Assembly (NCBI GenBank): GCA_030649935.1
Contig: JAUSFN010000031.1
Location: 6,623 to 70,622 of the forward strand
Reading direction: 5' to 3'
Source of the DNA: Candidatus Planktophila sp.
GTDB lineage: Bacteria > Actinomycetota > Actinomycetes > Nanopelagicales > Nanopelagicaceae
DNA: 64,000 nucleotides
Made by a program: the position numbers and the translations under genes. Below, one piece after another: positions 11,043-20,806 of the stretch. How positions within the stretch are numbered: the first letter of the stretch is position 1; every line of letters starts with the position of its first letter. Under the pieces are notes generated by a model. It was not told the DNA's origin, did no database searches, and worked only from the letters and a program-made list of their open reading frames with translations.

Positions 11043-11603
11043 ATGGGCATTCAGGAGATTAGATACTTTGGCGATCCAATTCTTCTAACTCCTGCAGCCG
11101 TTGTTGTTGATTTTGATAAACAACTTCGAACGCTGGTATCTGATTTAACAGAAACGATGTTGCAAGCACCAGGTGCGGGTCTTGCAGCACCACAAATTGG
11201 TGTCTCACTTCGCGTTTTTGTTTGGAACGTCGATGATGTTCTGGGGCACTTGGTTAATCCTGTTCTAACTTTGAGTGGTGGGGTTGAAGTTGATGATGAA
11301 GGTTGCTTGTCATTTCCAGATTTAACATACCCCACTCCTCGTTCGATACGTGCCGTGGCAAACGGCTTTGATATGTTTGGTGAGCCGATCTCCGTGGAGG
11401 GCTCACAGCTACTAGCTCGGGCTCTCCAGCACGAGACCGATCACTTAGATGGTGTACTTTTTATTGATCGTTTAAGCAAGAGTGAACGCAAAATTGCAAT
11501 GAAAGAAATTCGTGAGTCTGACTGGTTCAATGAGGCTTCCAAAAGTGGAGTAGCTATTTCAATCAAAGATTCGCCCCACAGCTTTTTCGGACGGAACACT
11601 TAA
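11043..11603 (+). CDS. def: peptide deformylase
   Basis: Motifs seen are GLAAPQIG, EGCLSFP and HETDHLDG. Confidence 0.96.
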   Translation: MGIQEIRYFGDPILLTPAAVVVDFDKQLRTLVSDLTETMLQAPGAGLAAPQIGVSLRVFVWNVDDVLGHLVNPVLTLSGGVEVDDEGCLSFPDLTYPTPRSIRAVANGFDMFGEPISVEGSQLLARALQHETDHLDGVLFIDRLSKSERKIAMKEIRESDWFNEASKSGVAISIKDSPHSFFGRNT

Positions 11604-12508
11604 TGCGTATCGGAGTAGCCGCTACTCCGGATGTGGCTTTACCTACGCTTAATGCTTTGCTCGCTTCATCCCATGAGATTGCTTTGGTCATCTCTCAGCC
11701 AGATCGAGCCGCTGGACGTGGACAGGCAATCAGGTCTTCTCCAGTTAGCACATGGGCAATTGACCACAAAATTGCATTAATACGACCAGAGTCTCCGGAC
11801 GAGCTCGTAGGAGTAATTGAGGATTTGGATTGCATTGTGACGATCGGTTATGGAGTTCTATTGCCAGAGGCGATTCTTAAACTTCCGCGTCATGGCTTCA
11901 TAAATCTCCACTTTTCGATTTTGCCCGCTTATCGGGGCGCTGCCCCGGTGCAACGTGCAATTGAAAATGGGGAACTCATCACGGGGGTGACGGTCTTCGC
12001 ACTTGATAAGGGCATGGATACCGGACCCGTGTACTGCAGTTCGACAATCTCAATCGATCCAACATGGCGTTCACAAGAGTTATTTAATGAACTCGCTTTA
12101 ATCGCACCCGCTGCAGTGGACGCGGCATTAAAGGCAATTTCACTAGGGCAAGAACCAACGCCTCAAATTGGACAAGCTTCAAATGCCCCGAAAATTTCCA
12201 AAGAAGAAGCACAGATAGATTGGAGTCAGAGCGCAGAGATCGTTCTGCGACGTATACGCGCATTCTATCCAGCTCCTATTGCTTGGAGCATATGGAAAGG
12301 CGAAAGTTTTAGAGTCACCGAAGCGAGAGTAGGCACAACCTTCGTCTCACCGGGGGAGATATCTGTAGTTGATGGGTGCGTAACCGTTGGGTGCGGTAAC
12401 GATTCAGCAATCACTCTAGTCTCAGTTATTCCTTCAGGAAAGAAAGAGATGCTCGCGCTAGATTGGGCACGCGGAGCACGTTTAGAGATAGGTTCACACT
12501 TTGGTTGA
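11603..12508 (+). CDS. fmt: methionyl-tRNA formyltransferase
   Basis: TAATG overlap with def. Motif HGFINLHFSILPAYRGAAPVQRAI is present. Confidence 0.95.
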   Translation: MRIGVAATPDVALPTLNALLASSHEIALVISQPDRAAGRGQAIRSSPVSTWAIDHKIALIRPESPDELVGVIEDLDCIVTIGYGVLLPEAILKLPRHGFINLHFSILPAYRGAAPVQRAIENGELITGVTVFALDKGMDTGPVYCSSTISIDPTWRSQELFNELALIAPAAVDAALKAISLGQEPTPQIGQASNAPKISKEEAQIDWSQSAEIVLRRIRAFYPAPIAWSIWKGESFRVTEARVGTTFVSPGEISVVDGCVTVGCGNDSAITLVSVIPSGKKEMLALDWARGARLEIGSHFG

Positions 12509-13853
12509 GGCGCGAAGAAATACTTTTAAATCCCCTAAACCTGATGCGTCGAGGTTATTAGCCTTTGATTTAATCTCTGAAGTGAATAGAAATGATGGCT
12601 ATTCAAATTTGCTACTCCCACAAGCTCTAACTGCAAGTTCGCTGGATGAGCGGAATCGAAATTTAGTCACTGAACTCGTATACGGAACCATTCGGATGCA
12701 GGGAAAGCATGATTGGATATTGTCACAGATTAGCGATAGACCATGGTCAGAAGTTGATGGAGGAATAGTTGATGTTGCTCGAATGGGAGTGCATCAAATA
12801 CATGAGATGCGAATTCCTGATCACGCCGCAGTCGCAGCGACTGTAGAGGTGGCTCGTAAACGAGTGGGTGAGTCAAAAGCAAGCTTTGTCAATGCTCTTC
12901 TTCGCAACGTCACTCGCAAATCCATGCACGAGTGGTTTTCTCCGTTGGCAGATTTGAAAGATCCCATCGAGCGCTTGGCGATTCAATACTCACATCCTGA
13001 GTGGATTATTTCTGCGTATTACGATCTTTTAAAAGATTGGGATCAGGTTGAATCTGCTTTAGCGATAAACAATGTGCCTGCTTTACCCACTTTAGTTGCA
13101 TGGCCCGGCTATTCAACGCAGGCCGATTTGATAGCGATAGGGGCTGAACCAACTAAATTCTCTTCAGTAGGAGCAAGGTGGAAGGGCAATCCTGGAAATT
13201 TAGAGTTGATTCGACACCGCTTAGCCGGTGTGCAGGATGAAGGTTCTCAGTTGGTTGCTACCCTCTTTGCCTCCTTTGCAAAGGGTACTAAATGGCTCGA
13301 CTTATGTGCTGGGCCTGGCGGCAAAGCTGCCTTATTGGCCGCGATTGCTCGAGAGCGATCTATTGATTTCACTGCAAATGAGATTTCAGTTCCGCGGGCA
13401 AAGTTAGTTCAACAAGTTGTCCACGGTGCCCGGGTTTGGACTGGTGATGGTCGAGAAATCACCGATCACAATGAACGATTTGATGCGATTTTAATTGATG
13501 CTCCATGTACGGGGCTAGGTGCATTACGACGACGTCCAGAGGTGCGATGGCGACGAAGCTTGCAAGATCTACGTGAATTAACCGCCTTACAGCGCGAACT
13601 GATTGAATCGGCGATTTCAATTTTAGAGCCAGATGCAGTTTTGGGATATGCCACATGTTCTCCCCATCTGGCAGAGACTACGGTTCACGTTAATGACATA
13701 CTAAAAAAACATCCAGAGTTAGAACTTCTGGATGTGGCTCCACACTTACCGAGTGGACTTAAAGACGCGGTTCGTGGGGGAGCGATGTCGTTGTGGACCC
13801 ATAAACACGGTACTGATGCAATGTTTCTCGCGATCTTTGTTAAGAGAGCCTAG
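12501..13853 (+). CDS. rsmB: 16S rRNA (cytosine-C5)-methyltransferase RsmB/Sun
   Basis: N-terminal NusB-like domain, with DAPCTGLGALRRRPE and YATCSP catalytic motifs. Apparent TTG start overlaps the fmt stop. Confidence 0.9.
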   Translation: MVEARRNTFKSPKPDASRLLAFDLISEVNRNDGYSNLLLPQALTASSLDERNRNLVTELVYGTIRMQGKHDWILSQISDRPWSEVDGGIVDVARMGVHQIHEMRIPDHAAVAATVEVARKRVGESKASFVNALLRNVTRKSMHEWFSPLADLKDPIERLAIQYSHPEWIISAYYDLLKDWDQVESALAINNVPALPTLVAWPGYSTQADLIAIGAEPTKFSSVGARWKGNPGNLELIRHRLAGVQDEGSQLVATLFASFAKGTKWLDLCAGPGGKAALLAAIARERSIDFTANEISVPRAKLVQQVVHGARVWTGDGREITDHNERFDAILIDAPCTGLGALRRRPEVRWRRSLQDLRELTALQRELIESAISILEPDAVLGYATCSPHLAETTVHVNDILKKHPELELLDVAPHLPSGLKDAVRGGAMSLWTHKHGTDAMFLAIFVKRA

Positions 13854-13861
13854 GGATTTAT

Positions 13862-14527
13862 ATGAGACGTGAAATTCGTATTACACCAAGTATATTGAAC
13901 GCCGATCTCTCTGATTTAGATAATGAAATCTCTCGAGTAGCAGGAGTCTCTGATTTAATTCATTTAGATATTATGGACAATATCTTCGTTCCAAACTTTA
14001 CTTTTGATTTCGAGCAAGCAACTAAAATAATTCAATCCTGTCCCATTGAAGTTGATGCTCATTTGATGGTAGCCGATGTTGACATGATTGCTCCAGCCTA
14101 TGCTGAAGTAGGTTGTTCAAGCGTAACAATCCACGCCGAAGCGACAAAAAATATTTCATCGACTCTGCGGGCAATCAGAAAATTAGGAGCACGAGCAGGT
14201 TTAGGTATTAAACCCGCTACTTCGATTGAAGACTATATAGATGTAATCGATGATATTGACATGTTTTTAATTATGACGGTCGAACCCGGCTTTGGGGGAC
14301 AGAAGTTCATGCATGAAATGATGTCTAAAGTCCGACGTACTCGTGCCGTAATCGGTGATAGACCTATCTGGTTGCAAGTAGATGGAGGTGTTTCTTTGGA
14401 AACTATCGCAGAGGCTTCTGAAGCGGGAGCAGATGTCTTTGTTGCGGGTAGTGCAGTATTTAACGCGCCAGATCCGGCTGCAATGGTGAGCTCATTACGC
14501 AATCTCGCTGCCTCTGTGTCAGACTAA
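13862..14527 (+). CDS. rpe: ribulose-phosphate 3-epimerase
   Basis: Motifs seen are HLDIMDNIFVPN, MTVEPGFGGQKF and VDGGV. Confidence 0.96.
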   Translation: MRREIRITPSILNADLSDLDNEISRVAGVSDLIHLDIMDNIFVPNFTFDFEQATKIIQSCPIEVDAHLMVADVDMIAPAYAEVGCSSVTIHAEATKNISSTLRAIRKLGARAGLGIKPATSIEDYIDVIDDIDMFLIMTVEPGFGGQKFMHEMMSKVRRTRAVIGDRPIWLQVDGGVSLETIAEASEAGADVFVAGSAVFNAPDPAAMVSSLRNLAASVSD

Positions 14528-14636
14528 TACCACAGTGAATGCGCACGAAGATGTGGGCATGGTCTGACGGAATTCCGGGAGATGAGTGAAGTTAATAATC
14601 AACCTGGGGTTCTAGCTTCATAGTAAAGTTAACCCT

Positions 14637-14900
14637 ATGAAATCCTTTGACATCCTGTGGACGGAGTTATCTGAAATAATGGTGAACCGCCCACAGGGCT
14701 CAGGAACTGTCGCAGCCGTTGATGCTGGTGCCCACAGCATAGGTAAGAAAATTTTGGAAGAGGCTGGAGAAGTATGGTTAGCTGCTGAGCATGAATCAGA
14801 TGAGGCGCTAGCGCAGGAGATTAGTCAGTTGATTTACCACCTTCAAACAATGATGCTGGTACGTGGTTTAACCCCGAGCGATATCTACAAATACCTTTAA
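14637..14900 (+). CDS. hisE: phosphoribosyl-ATP pyrophosphatase
   Basis: An 87 aa MazG-like protein ([20 protein letters not shown]) directly upstream of hisG. Confidence 0.9.
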   Translation: MKSFDILWTELSEIMVNRPQGSGTVAAVDAGAHSIGKKILEEAGEVWLAAEHESDEALAQEISQLIYHLQTMMLVRGLTPSDIYKYL

Positions 14901-14914
14901 TAGAATCGAGTTCC

Positions 14915-15763
14915 GTGATGTTACGTGTTGCCGTGCCAAATAAGGGATCACTTGCCGATTCATCAATTGAAATTCTAAAAGAGGCTGGATATCGTCAACG
15001 TACGGATAACCGTGATTTGGTCTTAGTAGATACCGAAAACAATGTTGAGTTCTATTATTTAAGGCCACGAGATATTGCTATATATGTAGGCTCTGGAGAG
15101 CTTGAGGCGGGAATTACTGGACGCGATCTTCTTATAGATTCGGGTGCAGTTGCCGAAGAAGCCATCAGCTTAGATTTCGGAGGATCTACTTTTCGCTTTG
15201 CCGCTCCCATTGCTCAGGAGTGGTCAATAGATTCAATTGCAGGCAAACGCATCGCCACGGCATATCCGGGTTTAGTTGCTGCGTATTTAAAACCACTTTC
15301 GATTGAGGCCGATATTGTGCGATTAGATGGCGCAGTTGAAAGTAGTGTTCGATTAGGAGTTGCCGACTTAATTGCTGACGTTGTGAGTACAGGAAATACC
15401 CTGCGTCAGGCTGGATTAAAGATTTTCGGAGAACCAATTCTAACGAGTGAGGCGATAGTAATCTCTAGAAAAGACGTCGCTCTTCCTAAAGATTTAGAGA
15501 TTCTCATTAGACGACTTCAAGGAGTCGTAACAGCCAGAAGATATGTTTTGTTAGATTATGACATTCCTAAAAATAATGTGGAGGCCGCATGTGCAATAAC
15601 TCCAGGTCTAGAATCTCCTACGATTTCTCCATTGCAAAAAGCCGATTGGGTAGCGGTGCGAGCTATGGTTCTACGCAAAGATACTAATCAGGTGATGGAT
15701 GAATTGTGGAGCGTTGGAGCACGGGGAATTCTAGTTACAGATATTCACGCCTGCCGCTTGTAA
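14915..15763 (+). CDS. hisG: ATP phosphoribosyltransferase (long form)
   Basis: LRVAVPNKGSL N-terminus, 282 aa with a C-terminal regulatory domain. Start is GTG 14915 or ATG 14918. Confidence 0.94.
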   Translation: MMLRVAVPNKGSLADSSIEILKEAGYRQRTDNRDLVLVDTENNVEFYYLRPRDIAIYVGSGELEAGITGRDLLIDSGAVAEEAISLDFGGSTFRFAAPIAQEWSIDSIAGKRIATAYPGLVAAYLKPLSIEADIVRLDGAVESSVRLGVADLIADVVSTGNTLRQAGLKIFGEPILTSEAIVISRKDVALPKDLEILIRRLQGVVTARRYVLLDYDIPKNNVEAACAITPGLESPTISPLQKADWVAVRAMVLRKDTNQVMDELWSVGARGILVTDIHACRL

Positions 15764-15766
15764 TAA

Positions 15767-16987
15767 CTACTCTTCTTCGATTGCTTCTCGAGGAATTCCT
15801 AATAGATAGAGTACTGAATCTAGATACGGTGAACTGACACTACTATCTGCAGCGGCTTTTACTGCAGGCTTTGCGTTAAATGCAATTCCGAGGCCAGCAA
15901 GAGCGATCATATCTAGATCATTGGCCCCATCACCTATTGCAACTGTTTGTTCAAGAGTTACCGATTCCAATGCGGCAAAATCACGTAAAGCTTGAGCCTT
16001 AGCAGCGCGGTCAATAATGGGACCCTCCACGTGGCCTGTAAGAAAACCATCGACTATTTCCAATTTATTTGCACGAAAATGAGTTATTCCTAAATCAGAA
16101 ATTAGCGGTGCGATAACATCAATAAATCCCCCAGAAACAAGCGATACTGCGTGACCTAGCCTCTGTAAAGTCCGAATGAGAATGCTTGCTCCTGGAGTTA
16201 AAGTAATCTCTCTTTGAACTTCTGCAATCACCGATTCTGGCAAACCTTTAAGAAGTGCGACTCTGGCTCGTAATGAGTGTTCAAAATCTAACTCGCCGCG
16301 CATCGCCGCTTCGGTAATATCAGCCACTTCATCACCTACTCCTGCCTTTGCTGCCAGAAGTTCGATTACCTCTTGTGTGATTAAAGTTGAATCAACATCT
16401 AATTGAACTAGTTTCTTTGCAAATCTCAACAAGCCGCCGGGTTGCACTGCGATATCTATTAAATGCGATACCGCCACTGGAGCAAGTGCTGCACTTATCG
16501 TGGCTTGTTCGGCGCCGGAAACGATGAATTCGATGGCAGTTATTGGAGATGACGCTGTCCGAGTAGCACGTTCAATGTTTCCACCAGTATTGGTTATGGC
16601 GGAGGCAACACCGGCTACTGCTGTAGGTGTGAGTTTGCTACTCAAAATTACGACGTGAATGAGATCTTTCTTAATCGAAATTGTTGAGTCATCATTAGTA
16701 GAAAATAAGGTAGCAATATCTACATCTAAAGCCAAAGCGCACTCATCTAGATCGGCTTCGATAGCCTTTTCGTGAGCGGGGTTAAGCGAGATTAATACGG
16801 TTAGAATCAATCTTTGACTAATAATGACCTGTTCAATATCTAGAATCGTTATAGAAAAAGGAGCTAATGTGTTAAACAAGCTCTGAGTAATTCCAGGTTT
16901 ATCGACCCCACTGAGCAGAATTAAGCCTGTAAACTGTGGATTTCTGTTAGTAGTTGCCATAAGGTGAGCAAGGTTATCGCGAATCAC
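15767..16987 (-). CDS. serB: phosphoserine phosphatase with N-terminal ACT domains (SerB2-like)
   Basis: HAD motifs DVDSTLI and GDGANDLDM, with about 180 aa of ACT-like N-terminal region. An alternative ATG start is at 16960. Confidence 0.9.
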   Translation of the reverse strand: MIRDNLAHLMATTNRNPQFTGLILLSGVDKPGITQSLFNTLAPFSITILDIEQVIISQRLILTVLISLNPAHEKAIEADLDECALALDVDIATLFSTNDDSTISIKKDLIHVVILSSKLTPTAVAGVASAITNTGGNIERATRTASSPITAIEFIVSGAEQATISAALAPVAVSHLIDIAVQPGGLLRFAKKLVQLDVDSTLITQEVIELLAAKAGVGDEVADITEAAMRGELDFEHSLRARVALLKGLPESVIAEVQREITLTPGASILIRTLQRLGHAVSLVSGGFIDVIAPLISDLGITHFRANKLEIVDGFLTGHVEGPIIDRAAKAQALRDFAALESVTLEQTVAIGDGANDLDMIALAGLGIAFNAKPAVKAAADSSVSSPYLDSVLYLLGIPREAIEEE

Positions 16988-17046
16988 GCTGTGCCAGGAG
17001 CCAAAATTGCGCTACTTTCCTTATTTACGCAGTATCTTTTCGCTCT

Positions 17047-17838
17047 ATGGCTAGTTCAACAGTATTAGAGCTCAGTGATGTCTCAGTTCGTCGTGGCGAA
17101 AATTTGATCCTTGGACCAATTAATTTTCAGATCAACTCAGGGGAGCGTTGGGTAATTCTAGGACCCAACGGAGCAGGTAAATCTACGCTTTTACAGATTT
17201 TAGCAACGAAATTTTTCCCAACAACCGGTACGGTTAAAATCCTCAATAAATCAATGGGGAAAGTAGATTTGTTTGAATTGCGCACACGAATTGGTTTGTG
17301 TGGATCAATAGTTTCTGAAGATATTCCTGCGGATGAAAAAGTTCGCGATGTCGTTTTGACGGCGGCTTATGCAATTCTGGGTCGTTGGCATGAAAACTAT
17401 GATCTTTGGGATGAATCTCGTGCTATATCACTACTCTCAACTTTTGGAGTCCGCGAACTCGGGGATCGCCTCTATGGAACTTTGAGTGAAGGTGAGCGAA
17501 AGCGTGTGCAAATTGCTCGAGCCTTAATGACCGATCCTGAACTTTTACTCCTCGATGAGCCTGCAGGGGGATTAGATGTTGGAGGACGCGAAGATTTACT
17601 GGCTAGATTTGCTAATTTTTCTAAGGATCCAACGGCGCCGGCAACGGTTTTAGTAACTCATCACATTGAAGAGATTCCAATTGGTACAACCCATGCCCTT
17701 TTACTTAAAGCGGGAGTAATTGCAGTTTCAGGTCCAGTCGAACACGTGGTAACAAGCGAACATGTCTCAGCAGTTTTTAATACCGCGATTGATGTGAGGC
17801 ATGAATCGGATCGCTTTTGGGCACGCGCTCGAGATTAG
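17047..17838 (+). CDS. orphan ABC-type ATP-binding protein (no adjacent permease)
   Basis: Walker A GPNGAGKST, signature LSEGERKRV and Walker B LLLLDEP. It is divergent from serB. Confidence 0.85.
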   Translation: MASSTVLELSDVSVRRGENLILGPINFQINSGERWVILGPNGAGKSTLLQILATKFFPTTGTVKILNKSMGKVDLFELRTRIGLCGSIVSEDIPADEKVRDVVLTAAYAILGRWHENYDLWDESRAISLLSTFGVRELGDRLYGTLSEGERKRVQIARALMTDPELLLLDEPAGGLDVGGREDLLARFANFSKDPTAPATVLVTHHIEEIPIGTTHALLLKAGVIAVSGPVEHVVTSEHVSAVFNTAIDVRHESDRFWARARD

Positions 17839-17839
17839 G

Positions 17840-18478
17840 ATGAACCTGTTCAGCCAGTTACATCCCGATTGGCAAATAGCGTTGGCCCATGTACGAGGTA
17901 ACTTTGAGAGAATCGATGCGCAGTTAATCGGTCAAGAGATTACTCCGGCATATGAATTAGTTTTGCGATCATTGGCGACACCGATTGATTCAATTCGAGT
18001 GGTTATTGTTGGTCAAGATCCCTATCCAAATCCAGCCCATGCTAACGGACTCGCATTTTCAGTTGCACCCGGTGTTTCACCTCTACCAGCCTCTTTGAGG
18101 AATATCTTTATAGAGGTGATCAGCGACTGCGGTGTTGTGCATCCTGGAAATGGAGATTTAACTCGTTGGGCTGAACAAGGTGTTCTGCTGCTCAATCGAA
18201 TTTTGACAACGCAGGTTAATCACTCATTGGCTCACTCCAGTATTGGTTGGCAGGTTATTACCGATGAAGTTGCGCGTATTCTTGGTACTCGCGATGTTAT
18301 TGCAGTTTTATGGGGCAAGAGCGCACAAGAGCTTGAACATTATTTTTCACATGATTTGGTTATCTCCGGAGTACATCCAAGTCCCTTATCGGCACATCGT
18401 GGTTTTTTTGGATCAAAACCATTCTCCCGAGTCAATGAAATATTGGCAGGTAAAGGGCGCTCATCTATACAGTGGTGA
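17840..18478 (+). CDS. ung: uracil-DNA glycosylase (family 1)
   Basis: GQDPYP and HPSPLS motifs. ATG at 17840 lies 1 nt after the ABC gene stop; the longer ORF from 17801 overlaps that gene. Confidence 0.94.
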   Translation: MNLFSQLHPDWQIALAHVRGNFERIDAQLIGQEITPAYELVLRSLATPIDSIRVVIVGQDPYPNPAHANGLAFSVAPGVSPLPASLRNIFIEVISDCGVVHPGNGDLTRWAEQGVLLLNRILTTQVNHSLAHSSIGWQVITDEVARILGTRDVIAVLWGKSAQELEHYFSHDLVISGVHPSPLSAHRGFFGSKPFSRVNEILAGKGRSSIQW

Positions 18479-18533
18479 AACACTAGAACCCCGCAGATTT
18501 CCCCTCGGGGTCCTAGCGGGTTTCCTTAGGTTT

Positions 18534-19970
18534 TTAACCGATCCAAGCGTTAATTGGCGATGATAAGAAGTAGATCATGAATAATCCAGATACTAGAAGC
18601 AGTAAAGGATGAACTTCCTTTCGTCGACCTTGAATGAGGCGAATGACTACATGAGAGATGAAGCCAGCGCCGATTCCAACGGAAATATTGTAAGTAAATG
18701 GCATCAAAATGATCGTTAAGAAGGCCGGAATCGCAATTCCGTAATCATCCCAATCGATTTTCTTGATTTGGGTCATCATTAAAAATCCGACAATAACGAG
18801 TGCTGGTGACGCCGCTTCATAAGGTATGACAGCAACAAGTGGCGCAAGGAAAGTTGTCAGTAAGAATAAAAATCCCGTGACAATAGATGCCAGTCCAGTT
18901 CGTGCACCTTCACCAACACCCGCGGCAGATTCAATGTAGCTAGTATTTGATGAGATGCTTCCAGCGCCACCTGCAACGGCAGCGAGAGAATCAACTAACA
19001 AGATACGATCATTATTTGGGATATTTCCATCTTTATCAATGAGATCAGCTTCATAACCGATGGCTGTAACAGTTCCAATAGTGTCAAAAAAATCTGAGAG
19101 GAGAAGCGTAAAAATTAAGAGAATACAGGCGATAAGCGGTATTCGATCAAAGGAACCAAAGAGGTTAAAATCACCAAATAGAGAAAAATCGGGTTTACCA
19201 ACTACGTCGCTTGGAACTACAGGGGTGTTAAGTCCCCAGCCCTTTGGATTTACCTCACCGGTGGCTCCATTAAAGCCAGGACCGATTTTAAATGCCGACT
19301 CTACTGCGATAGCTGCAACCGTGGCCACAGCGATTCCAATGAGTATTGCTCCTTTAACTTTCTTAACCATCAAGATAATCATTAGAAAGAGTCCGAGTGC
19401 AAAGATAATAATTGGCCATCCGACAAGGGTTCCGTTATCACCTAAAGTCACAGGTACCGGACCTGCACCTGTTTTTCTAACAAATCCAGCATCCACTAAC
19501 CCAATGAGTGCGATAAATAGACCAATCCCTACAGAAATCGCGATCTTCAATTGAGCTGGAACGGCCCTGAAGACGGCAGTTCTAAATCCAGTCAGGACAA
19601 GAATCGTAATGATGATGCCTTCAAGAACTACTAAGCCCATTGCTTCGGCCCACGTCATTTGGGATGCAATTCCAACAGCGACAAAAGTGTTCAACCCTAA
19701 ACCTGTTGCAAGTGCAAGTGGGTAGTTACCAACGACGCCCATGAGAATCGTCAGAATTCCAGCCATTAACGCGGTCATCGCAGCAACGGCAGCTAAGTTT
19801 GGTGCATCTCCACCACCAAGATACTTTCCATTCACATCTTTGGAAAGACCGATAATTAAGGGGTTGAGAGCAACGATGTATGCCATTGTGAAAAATGTGA
19901 CGAAACCGCCGCGAATTTCACGAGACACGGTTGACCCACGTTCTGTAATTTTGAAGTATGAATCGAGCAT
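18534..19970 (-). CDS. NCS2/AzgA-family purine (adenine/guanine/hypoxanthine) permease
   Basis: A 478 aa polytopic protein. The N-terminus FKITERGSTVSREIRGGFVTFFTMAYIVALNP is typical of PbuG/AzgA permeases. Confidence 0.88.
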   Translation of the reverse strand: MLDSYFKITERGSTVSREIRGGFVTFFTMAYIVALNPLIIGLSKDVNGKYLGGGDAPNLAAVAAMTALMAGILTILMGVVGNYPLALATGLGLNTFVAVGIASQMTWAEAMGLVVLEGIIITILVLTGFRTAVFRAVPAQLKIAISVGIGLFIALIGLVDAGFVRKTGAGPVPVTLGDNGTLVGWPIIIFALGLFLMIILMVKKVKGAILIGIAVATVAAIAVESAFKIGPGFNGATGEVNPKGWGLNTPVVPSDVVGKPDFSLFGDFNLFGSFDRIPLIACILLIFTLLLSDFFDTIGTVTAIGYEADLIDKDGNIPNNDRILLVDSLAAVAGGAGSISSNTSYIESAAGVGEGARTGLASIVTGFLFLLTTFLAPLVAVIPYEAASPALVIVGFLMMTQIKKIDWDDYGIAIPAFLTIILMPFTYNISVGIGAGFISHVVIRLIQGRRKEVHPLLLLVSGLFMIYFLSSPINAWIG

Positions 19971-20067
19971 GGATTATCCCTTTCTGTTTTGGTATCGGGG
20001 GTGTTTACGACCCCGTGTGCAATGAATCGGCCAACACAAAGGCCGGGGGATATGAGAAGGCTAATGG

Positions 20068-20736
20068 CTACCGCGTAGTTAGACGGGCTACGACACCGAG
20101 AGCGATAGCAATAGATTGCCCGATCAAAGCGGCAAATAAGAGCGTACCGAGACCTACATTGCCCCCCAGTAGGGCTCCTAGAGCTACCACGGTTAATTCA
20201 ATACCTAACCGCACTCGGCCAACTCGTACTCCCGAACGATTATGGATTGCAGTCATCAATCCATCTCGAGGTCCGGGTCCTAAGCCGCAGGTGATATAGA
20301 AACTAGTTGCAGTTCCAACCAGACCGATGCCTAAAAGTACGAAAACAACGCCTGCAAAAAAACTCTCTTGCACTGGAATAATCGAAACTCCTACTTGAAT
20401 CGCAATCGCAATTATCACCAAATTAGAAATAGTTCCAAAGCCTGGTTTCTCTCGGAGTGGAATCCAAGCAAGTAATACCACCGCGCTAATGAGAAAAGTT
20501 GACCAGCCCATTGTAATGTTTAGATGATTCGAAATTCCCTGAGCAAGAACTGACCAAGGAGTATTACCAATATTGCTCTGTATGAGAAAAGCGTCGCCTA
20601 CACCAAATATGAAAAGAGCAGCGAAAAGAATGAGGGTTCTTAAGGGGTTTAAATCCCATCGTCCACTTGCTGTCCAGGGAGTTTTTGGAACGTTTCGATG
20701 AGGACGCAGGAACTCCATTATTGGATTGGATGACAT
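20068..20736 (-). CDS. YczE-like integral membrane protein (function unknown)
   Basis: Multi-TM protein with GVGDAF...IGNTPWSV and GLGPGPRDGLM motifs, as I remember them for COG2364/YczE proteins. Confidence 0.65.
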   Translation of the reverse strand: MSSNPIMEFLRPHRNVPKTPWTASGRWDLNPLRTLILFAALFIFGVGDAFLIQSNIGNTPWSVLAQGISNHLNITMGWSTFLISAVVLLAWIPLREKPGFGTISNLVIIAIAIQVGVSIIPVQESFFAGVVFVLLGIGLVGTATSFYITCGLGPGPRDGLMTAIHNRSGVRVGRVRLGIELTVVALGALLGGNVGLGTLLFAALIGQSIAIALGVVARLTTR

Positions 20737-20806
20737 TGGGGGAGTCTATTACCTCGAAGGTATTTAGATGTTGCATCTATATTTAGTTTTGCGTAACCTT
20801 TGCAGA

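Noticed and set aside
14528-14636. The 109-bp rpe-hisE spacer. I considered a remnant FMN riboswitch, because the rib operon follows rpe in mycobacteria. I also considered a His attenuator or T-box. The spacer contains the palindrome CGGAATTCCG and a 16-codon ORF, MRTKMWAWSDGIPGDE.
   Set aside because: It is too short for an RFN element and lacks the conserved core I remember. The small ORF has no His codons, and I see no terminator/antiterminator pair. It is probably just a promoter spacer.
18487-18512. A hairpin ACCCCG...CGGGGT between the convergent ung and permease genes, considered as a bidirectional terminator.
   Set aside because: The stem is only 6 bp with a 12-nt loop and no flanking T or A run, which is not strong enough to annotate.
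18243-18563. A 106-aa + strand ORF overlapping the 3' half of ung and running into the permease gene end.
   Set aside because: It is an alternate frame of ung with no RBS or recognisable domain, so it is spurious.
19060-19554. A long antisense ORF (164 aa) inside the permease gene. Similar antisense or alternate-frame ORFs occur at 3177-3551, 4173-4601, 5096-5482, 21649-21993, 33543-33731, 46614-47012, 53465-53809, 58416-58766, 59653-59991 and 61707-62093.
   Set aside because: Each lies wholly within a strongly supported gene on the other strand or frame. Their translations are low-complexity (Pro/Ser/Arg/Ala-rich) with no motifs, so they are most likely non-coding shadow ORFs.
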